A stretch of DNA of 21,319 nucleotides from Gemmatimonadales bacterium (GTDB taxonomy: Bacteria > Gemmatimonadota > Gemmatimonadetes > Gemmatimonadales > GWC2-71-9), in contig JBDIWC010000057.1 in NCBI GenBank assembly GCA_039794085.1, positions 1 through 21,319 on the forward strand. Reading direction: 5' to 3'. The translations under genes were made by a program, and so were the position numbers. Below, one piece after another: positions 15,641 through 21,319 of the stretch. The notes beneath the pieces are model-generated. The model had not been told where the DNA came from. It saw only the letters and a program-made list of their open reading frames with translations, and did no database searches. Numbering within the stretch: the stretch's first letter is position 1; every line of letters starts with the position of its first letter.

Positions 15641-15667
15641 AAGGGCGGGTTCACGAACCGACCCAAC
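15641..15667 (-). repeat. Degenerate GTAG-type REP
   Basis: Reverse complement GTTGGGTCGGTTCGTGAACCCGCCCTT resembles 2273-2298. Confidence 0.65.
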
Positions 15668-15700
15668 TGACTTGATTTTTAGGCAAGACTAATTTAACTA
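15667..15700 (+). promoter_or_regulatory. Promoter with a DtxR/MntR-type operator
   Basis: AT-rich island with palindrome TTAGGC-AA-GACTAA (15679-15692), similar to TTAGG..CCTAA DtxR-family boxes, directly upstream of the DtxR-feoB operon. Confidence 0.65.
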
Positions 15701-15741
15701 TTCCGCCAGCATGTCGGCACTTCCGCCGAGCTGGAGGTACT

Positions 15742-16791
15742 GTGGTCGATCCCGGAATCGCGCTCCTCGTTTTCGCGGCACTTGTTGCGCTCGCCGCCGT
15801 GGTGTTCTGGCCTCGGTGGGGTCTGGTGGCGCGCGCGGGCCGACTCGCCCGGAGTTCGGAACGCGTCAGGCTGGAGGACGCCCTCAAGTACCTCTATCAC
15901 CAGGAATCACGAAACCTTCCCTTTGCGCCCGCCGGGCTCGCGGGGGTCCTGGAGGTGTCGCGGCATCGGGCCGTGCGGCTGGTGGAGCGTCTTCAGGAAT
16001 TGGCTCTGGTCCGGGTCCAGGGCGACCGGGTGACCCTCACCGACTCGGGCCGGGAGTACGCCCTCCGGATCCTCCGGACCCACCGCCTCTGGGAGCGGTA
16101 TCTGGCCGACCGCACCGGTGTGGCCCCGGGGGCATGGCACGAGGAGGCGGAGCGCCAGGAGCATCTCCTCACCGCCGCTGATACGGAGCGGCTTGCGGTG
16201 CGCATGGGACACCCGGTCTACGATCCCCACGGTGATCCGATCCCGACGGCGGCGGGTCAGATGCCTCCCGCACAGGGACGGCCTCTCGCAGCTCTCCCTG
16301 TGGGATCGCGCGGGGTCATCACCCATCTCGAGGATGAACCACCCGAGATCTACGACCAGCTCCTGGGCGCGGGGTTGTCGCCGGGATTTGCGGTGGAGGT
16401 CGAGGAGGTCGGATCGAACCGGGTCCGATTCCGCATCGGCAACCGGCAGCATGAGATCCCTCTCCTGCACGCGGCCAATGTGACCGTCACGCTGGAAGAC
16501 GAACAGGCCGTGGACGCCATCGAGGGATGGTCCCGGACTCTCGCCGATCTTGCCCAGGGCGAGGAGGCCCCGGTGCTGGGGATCTCACCCGCCTGCCAGG
16601 GGACCCAGCGCCGTCGGCTGCTCGACCTCGGTGTGGTGCCGGGCACTGTGGTGCGCGCCGAACTGTCCAGCGCTTCCGGCGACCCGGTGGCCTACCGGAT
16701 TCGCGGGGCGCTCATTGCCCTCCGACGCCAGCAGGCGGCGTGGGTCGGCGTGGGCCCCGAGGAGTCGCATGCCACCCGGGGGGCGGCGTGA
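15742..16791 (+). CDS. DtxR/MntR-family metal-dependent regulator with N-terminal TM anchor and two C-terminal FeoA domains
   Basis: 'EDALKYLY', 'HRLWERYL', 'AERQEH', 'DPHGDPIP'; FeoA motifs 'GLSPG' and 'RRLLDLGVVPGT...GDPVAYRIRGALIALRR'. GGAGG RBS. Confidence 0.9.
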   Translation: MVDPGIALLVFAALVALAAVVFWPRWGLVARAGRLARSSERVRLEDALKYLYHQESRNLPFAPAGLAGVLEVSRHRAVRLVERLQELALVRVQGDRVTLTDSGREYALRILRTHRLWERYLADRTGVAPGAWHEEAERQEHLLTAADTERLAVRMGHPVYDPHGDPIPTAAGQMPPAQGRPLAALPVGSRGVITHLEDEPPEIYDQLLGAGLSPGFAVEVEEVGSNRVRFRIGNRQHEIPLLHAANVTVTLEDEQAVDAIEGWSRTLADLAQGEEAPVLGISPACQGTQRRRLLDLGVVPGTVVRAELSSASGDPVAYRIRGALIALRRQQAAWVGVGPEESHATRGAA

Positions 16792-19049
16792 TGGCGGCCC
16801 TTCCCCTGGCTCAGCCCGCCGCCCCCGGCTGTCGCGGCTGCTCTCCGCGCCGGGCCGCGAATCTGGTGCAACTGGGCGTCAGTCCCGAACGGTGGGACTA
16901 CCTGGTGGCCCTCGCCGGCAATCCCAACACCGGCAAGAGCACCGTCTTCAACGCCCTCACCGGCCTCCGCCAGCACACCGGCAACTGGCCCGGCAAGACG
17001 GTGACGCGGGCCGAGGGGAACTACGAGCACGCGGGACTCCGCGCCCGGCTGGTGGACCTGCCCGGCACCTACTCCCTGCAGGCCGGCAGCACCGATGAGG
17101 AGGTGGCGAGGGATTTCATCCTGTTCGGCGAGCCCGACGTCACGGTCATCGTGGTCGACGCCACGCGCCTCGAACGGAATCTCAACCTCGTGCTTCAAGT
17201 GCTGGAGATCACCGACCGCGCGGTGGTCTGTCTCAACCTGATGGACGAGGCCCGCCGTACCGGAGTGGGCATCGACCCCCGGCGCCTGGAGGCCGAACTC
17301 GGTATTCCCGTCGTGGCGGCGGCGGTGCGCCGGGGCGAGGGGATTCCGGAACTGCTCGATGCCATCCACCGGGTGGCCACCGGGGCCGTCACGCCGAAAC
17401 CCTTCCGGATCGAACGGCACCCGAGTGATGTCGAGCGTGCGGTCGGGGAGTTGGAGCCGGTGCTGGAGCAGGCCTATCCCGATCTTCCCAATGCGCGGTG
17501 GGTGGCTCTCCGCCTCCTCAATGCCGACGAGCGGGTCGAGCAGGCGGTGCGGACCGGGGAGATCGCCGAGTGGGGAGCGGGCGAGAGGGAAAGGACGGGA
17601 GACGGAAAAGGCGTGGACATCGGGACCGACCCTGTGGCGTCGGCCGATCACGTTCTCGATGTCGCCACCCGGCTCCGCTGGGGGCTGCGTCCCGATTTCC
17701 ACGACCGGGTGGTGGCGCACCTCCACGCGGAATCCACCCGCATCGCCGAGGCGTCCCGTCTGGAGGGGGTGCGGCGCGCCCGTTTCGATTTCGACCGGAC
17801 CCTCGACCGGCTTCTGACCAGCCGCTGGTTCGGGTTCCCCCTGATGCTGCTGATGCTGGCGGTGGTGTTCTGGCTCACGGTGGCCGGCGCGAATGTGCCG
17901 TCCTCCCTGCTGGCCAATCTGCTGATTGACACCGCGCATCCGGTGCTGCAGCAGGGGGCCGCCGCGATCGGAACCCCGTGGTGGCTCAGCGGTCTGCTGG
18001 TGGATGGGGTCTACCTGTCCACGGCCTGGGTGGTCGCGGTCATGCTGCCTCCGATGGCGATCTTCTTCCCGCTCTTCACCCTGCTGGAGGACTTCGGGTA
18101 TCTCCCGCGGGTGGCCTTCAATCTCGATGCGATGTTCCGGCGGGCCGGGGCCCACGGCAAGCAGGCGCTCACCATGTGCATGGGGTTCGGGTGCAACGCC
18201 GCGGGAGTGGTGGCGACCCGGGTCATCGACAGCCCGCGGGAGCGGCTGGTGGCGATCATCACCAACAACTTCTCGCTCTGCAACGGGCGCTGGCCCACCC
18301 AGATTCTCATCGCCTCGATCTTTCTCGGTGCCCTGGTGCCGGCCCGGTATGCCGGGATCACCGCCGCCATGGCCGTGGTCGGCGTGGCGGTGCTCGGCAT
18401 CGCGATGATGTTCCTGAGCTCGTGGCTCCTCACCCGCACCGTGCTGCGGGGCGAGGCGACCGCCTTCAGCCTCGAGCTCCCGCCCTACCGGCCGCCGCGG
18501 ATCCTGCGGACGCTCTACACCTCGCTCATCGACCGGACGCTCATCGTCCTCTGGCGCGCGGTGGTGTTCGCGGCCCCGGCGGGGGCGGTCATCTGGCTCG
18601 TCTCCAACATCCATGTCGGGGGCCCGAGCCTCGCGGAGCACTTCGTCTCCTGGCTCAACCCGGTGGGAATTCTGCTGGGGCTGAACGGGGTGATCCTGCT
18701 GGCGTATGTGGTGGCGATCCCGGCCAACGAGATCGTGATCCCGACGATCCTCATGCTCACGGTCCTGACCGGCAACGTGGTCGGGGTCGGGTCCGGGGCC
18801 GGAGTCATGTTCGAACTCGACTCCACCGATGCGGTAGGAAACCTGCTTCGCGGGGCAGGGTGGACCACGCTCACCGCCGTGAACCTGATGCTCTTCAGTC
18901 TGCTTCACAATCCCTGCTCCACGACCATCTACACCATCTATCGGGAGACGGGGAGCGCCCGCTGGACCGTGCTGGCGACGCTGATGCCGGTGGCGCTCGG
19001 CGTCACGGTGACGTTCCTGGTGGCGCAGATCTGGCGGTTGGTGGTCTGA
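16791..19049 (+). CDS. feoB: Ferrous iron transporter B
   Basis: G-domain 'LAGNPNTGKST', 'GNWPGKTV', 'DLPGTYSL', 'LNLMDE'; gate motifs 'LEDFGYLPR', 'GFGCN', 'LELPPYRPP', 'PCSTT'. ATG 16791 overlaps the upstream stop (TGATG). Confidence 0.97.
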   Translation: MAALPLAQPAAPGCRGCSPRRAANLVQLGVSPERWDYLVALAGNPNTGKSTVFNALTGLRQHTGNWPGKTVTRAEGNYEHAGLRARLVDLPGTYSLQAGSTDEEVARDFILFGEPDVTVIVVDATRLERNLNLVLQVLEITDRAVVCLNLMDEARRTGVGIDPRRLEAELGIPVVAAAVRRGEGIPELLDAIHRVATGAVTPKPFRIERHPSDVERAVGELEPVLEQAYPDLPNARWVALRLLNADERVEQAVRTGEIAEWGAGERERTGDGKGVDIGTDPVASADHVLDVATRLRWGLRPDFHDRVVAHLHAESTRIAEASRLEGVRRARFDFDRTLDRLLTSRWFGFPLMLLMLAVVFWLTVAGANVPSSLLANLLIDTAHPVLQQGAAAIGTPWWLSGLLVDGVYLSTAWVVAVMLPPMAIFFPLFTLLEDFGYLPRVAFNLDAMFRRAGAHGKQALTMCMGFGCNAAGVVATRVIDSPRERLVAIITNNFSLCNGRWPTQILIASIFLGALVPARYAGITAAMAVVGVAVLGIAMMFLSSWLLTRTVLRGEATAFSLELPPYRPPRILRTLYTSLIDRTLIVLWRAVVFAAPAGAVIWLVSNIHVGGPSLAEHFVSWLNPVGILLGLNGVILLAYVVAIPANEIVIPTILMLTVLTGNVVGVGSGAGVMFELDSTDAVGNLLRGAGWTTLTAVNLMLFSLLHNPCSTTIYTIYRETGSARWTVLATLMPVALGVTVTFLVAQIWRLVV

Positions 19050-19092
19050 GGGGCGAATGGGGTCCGATGGGGGCCACCGAGCCCCACGCGAT

Positions 19093-19405
19093 CGTCATTC
19101 CGGCGAGCGCCGGAATCCACGTTGTGCCGGAATCCAATCTTTGGGCGTCGAGTCGGCCCGAGGAACGCCACCCCGTTGGGGTTGTCGGGATCGGGAGCCC
19201 GCCCCGGGTAGCGCATGCGGCGCAACCCGGGGCTCTGAGGACGATGCCCCTTCGGGGCATGCGAGACCACCGGCCCGGGCCACTCGACCGTGACCGGCCC
19301 CGGCGGCCGATCCACCCTTCAGGGACCCGGGACAATGAGGACGACGCCCTTCGGGGCATTCGAGACCATCGGCGTGAGGCGATCGGGTCGTCATTCCGGA
19401 ATCCA
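19093..19405. repeat. Cluster of REP-like elements (CGTC-type palindrome, CCCCGTTGGGG/CCCGGG hairpins, 39-bp direct repeat)
   Basis: CGTCATTCCGGC-GAGC-GCCGGAATCCA (19093-19119) with a collapsed copy at 19389-19405; TGAGGACGA(T/C)GCCC(C)TTCGGGGCAT(G/T)CGAGACCA(C/T)CGGC at 19236-19274 and 19336-19373. Confidence 0.7.
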
Positions 19406-19464
19406 CCCGTCGCCCGACTCCCTTACCGACGGAATGCCTTCCTCCACGGGAGGTTGCCGTCAGG

Positions 19465-20673
19465 TCAGCGCCGGATGCTGTAGCTGACAACCTGAGGAAC
19501 TCCGTCGTCATCGGTTGCGATGCCATAGACCGTGTTCCCCTTGACTTCCATGACCTGAAACCCCGCCGGAACGCGTACCCGGTATAACACCCGTCCCGAC
19601 ATTGTGAAAACAGTCCACTGGGCCTCCGCACGGTCCCTCTCGGTCCGCAGCCAGACCGTCCGGTCAGAAGTAGCAACAACCGCAGTGACGCTGGGGAAAG
19701 TCTGGGGAATCGCGACGGTACGGGAGATCACCGCGCGACTTACCCCCGTGTTCAAAGAATGCAGATCGAGAACACTGTCCCGCACCTCTCGAGGGATGGC
19801 GATCGCAGGGGTCTCGAATGTCCAGCGCTTCTGCGCTTGTCCCCCGCCAGCCCTGAAACTGACGACGGTCACTTCTGCGTGTTGCTGGATTCCACGGCTT
19901 CGCGGTCGGCGGACCAAGACGTACCAATCGCCGTTGGCACTGATGTCCCACAGGAGGTTGGTCGCAAAGGCAGCTGGCACGGGCGTCACTCGACCGCCAG
20001 GGGAGGTCACCCGGGATGACGGCGGTCGGTCATACACAAACAATGTGTCAAACTCTCCTCGTGCGCGCCAAGCGAGGAGTGGAATGCTGTCTACCGTGCT
20101 GAGCGAGCCCGTGCTGAAATTGACCAACAAGGAACCGTCTACCAGGACGCCGTTGACGAGGGGGCGTGCCATGGGGACCAGATCCTGTGGGATCTCTTCC
20201 CTGATGCTGGCAGTGCCGAGGTGAGTGCCCCGCGAGGAGAACCATGACAGGCGCTTCAGAGAGGCGTCCACGACCCACAGAGAATCGCCGTGCCAACCGA
20301 GGTTGATGGGAGTGACGAACTCCCCGGGGCCCCGTCCCGCACGACCAAGGACGGCTTCCACTACGCCACGGTTGAGGACATGAACGCGTTTCTGACTCCA
20401 ATCCAGCACGTAAACCCGATCCGCTGTGTCCACGATGAGACCAATAATCGCGGTTAGAAGAGCGCTAGGGGGGCTGAGCAATTCTCGGTCCGCCACAGTG
20501 GCCATTTGGGCCCGAGTTTCAGCGGCAAGGATCAGACTGGCAGCCAGCACTCCAAATAGCCAGCGAGCGGTCGTCAGTGCCACTCGCGTGCAACCACACT
20601 CCTGCGGAGTCGAGCCATCCTTGTGACGGGGCGTTATCCGAGTCATCATGAGCGCCAATAATCGAAAGGCCAA
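19465..20673 (-). CDS. Secreted 6-bladed beta-propeller (NHL-like) protein
   Basis: 'VDTADRVYVLD', 'GRAGRGPGEF..P', 'GDSLWVVD', C-terminal 'VYGIATDDDGVPQVVSY'; signal peptide ...LAAETRA-Q. Start uncertain (TTG 20673, ATG 20649/20646 or GTG 20583). Confidence 0.85.
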   Translation of the reverse strand: MAFRLLALMMTRITPRHKDGSTPQECGCTRVALTTARWLFGVLAASLILAAETRAQMATVADRELLSPPSALLTAIIGLIVDTADRVYVLDWSQKRVHVLNRGVVEAVLGRAGRGPGEFVTPINLGWHGDSLWVVDASLKRLSWFSSRGTHLGTASIREEIPQDLVPMARPLVNGVLVDGSLLVNFSTGSLSTVDSIPLLAWRARGEFDTLFVYDRPPSSRVTSPGGRVTPVPAAFATNLLWDISANGDWYVLVRRPRSRGIQQHAEVTVVSFRAGGGQAQKRWTFETPAIAIPREVRDSVLDLHSLNTGVSRAVISRTVAIPQTFPSVTAVVATSDRTVWLRTERDRAEAQWTVFTMSGRVLYRVRVPAGFQVMEVKGNTVYGIATDDDGVPQVVSYSIRR

Positions 20674-20676
20674 GAT

Positions 20677-21153
20677 CTAAAGGACGATTCTTCGAGAAAG
20701 CGTCCGGAGCGACGAACCCATCGTGGCCCCAAAGCTCCGTTGAAGGACCACCCCCGTGCAGGTTCGCAACGACCGCGAGTCCCCTTCCGCCGGCGGCCGG
20801 GCATGGGATTGTTCCCGCATGGCCGCCAGGCGCAGGTGGTCTGATCGGGCGATGTTGCGGTGGTTGAGGGTACCATCCAAGCTGAGGAAAACCTCCTCAC
20901 TCTGAGAGCCCCCATGAAGGAAGCAGAAGGTCCATGGCCCCCAGACGGAGCAGGGAAGGTAGGGGAGCATGGGACCGAAACAGTCCTGGAAACCGATGAG
21001 AAGATTGGTTTCACAGAAAAACACTGTCTGCCCGCCTTGGAAGACACTCGCGCAGTCCTTGCAGGTGAGGAATTGTGCGTCTGCTGTGGAAGGGGCGCTC
21101 ATCGTGGCGAACACGAGTGATACGATCAACATGAGGGGGGACAGGTGCCGCAT
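20677..21153 (-). CDS. Secreted Cys-rich hypothetical protein
   Basis: GGAGG RBS, Sec signal peptide (..STADA-Q), six Cys in the first ~55 mature residues; stop 3 bp before the propeller ORF. Confidence 0.75.
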   Translation of the reverse strand: MRHLSPLMLIVSLVFATMSAPSTADAQFLTCKDCASVFQGGQTVFFCETNLLIGFQDCFGPMLPYLPCSVWGPWTFCFLHGGSQSEEVFLSLDGTLNHRNIARSDHLRLAAMREQSHARPPAEGDSRSLRTCTGVVLQRSFGATMGSSLRTLSRRIVL

Positions 21154-21200
21154 GGTGATTATGCCTCCGCGTTGAGGTAGATGTGTAGGGTGTCCCCCTG

Positions 21201-21319
21201 TGTCAGGATAGTTGTCGCATCGCCCGTCACCTTCTGTGACGGGGTGAGGTGCTCACCGCTGGGGGCGACGAGGTGACCGAATGATGACGGCGTACAGTAG
21301 TTCCTTCAAGGATCGGATG
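21201..21319 (+). mobile_element. IS3-family-like insertion sequence, left end, truncated by the window edge
   Basis: TG-starting putative IR TGTCAGGATAGTTGTCGC (21201), hairpins, GAGGTG RBS and an orfA-like start. Confidence 0.55.
21281..21319 (+). CDS. Transposase OrfA N-terminal fragment (MMTAYSSSFKDRM...)
   Basis: 'YS-x-x-FK-x-x-M/V' is the HTH-transposase N-terminal motif of IS3-type OrfA; only 13 codons visible. Confidence 0.55.
   Translation, partial: MMTAYSSSFKDRM

Noticed and set aside
19236..19373. Possible mini CRISPR array
   Set aside because: Only two imperfect repeats, a 61-bp spacer, no cas genes or leader; REP-like context.
1..21319. Composite transposon spanning the whole window
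   Set aside because: The two terminal IS belong to different families and the interior is mostly housekeeping-like; contig breakage at repeats explains it better.

Overview
A high-GC bacterial segment, probably Gemmatimonadota (inferred from the Hanks kinase-TM-TPR receptor, the Ig-repeat lipoprotein and the 6-bladed propeller). Both ends run into the 5' end of an insertion sequence (IS5 family on the left, IS3-like on the right), which suggests a contig broken at repeats. Core-like genes: pterin-4a-carbinolamine dehydratase, DinB protein, small membrane protein, GT2 glycosyltransferase, Ser/Thr kinase, large Ig-domain lipoprotein, RsbRD-N/globin-like protein, LD-carboxypeptidase, alpha/beta hydrolase, FmdB zinc-ribbon protein, Nudix CoA pyrophosphatase, a membrane-anchored DtxR-FeoA regulator and FeoB. 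Features missing from the ORF track: (i) a stand-alone small structured RNA with its own sigma70 promoter and terminator (135-248, minus), possibly Acido-Lenti-1-like; (ii) a DUF4160/DUF2442 toxin-antitoxin-type pair whose DUF4160 gene is internally deleted; (iii) a ~450-bp highly structured non-coding region; (iv) a ~2.6-kb protease + beta-barrel cassette bounded by 26-bp direct repeats, with the protease signal peptide frameshifted at a G13 tract; (v) several small repeat families (REPs, heptamer and octamer arrays); (vi) a Cys-rich secreted protein + beta-propeller pair. All family calls come from motif recognition by eye; no database search was run.
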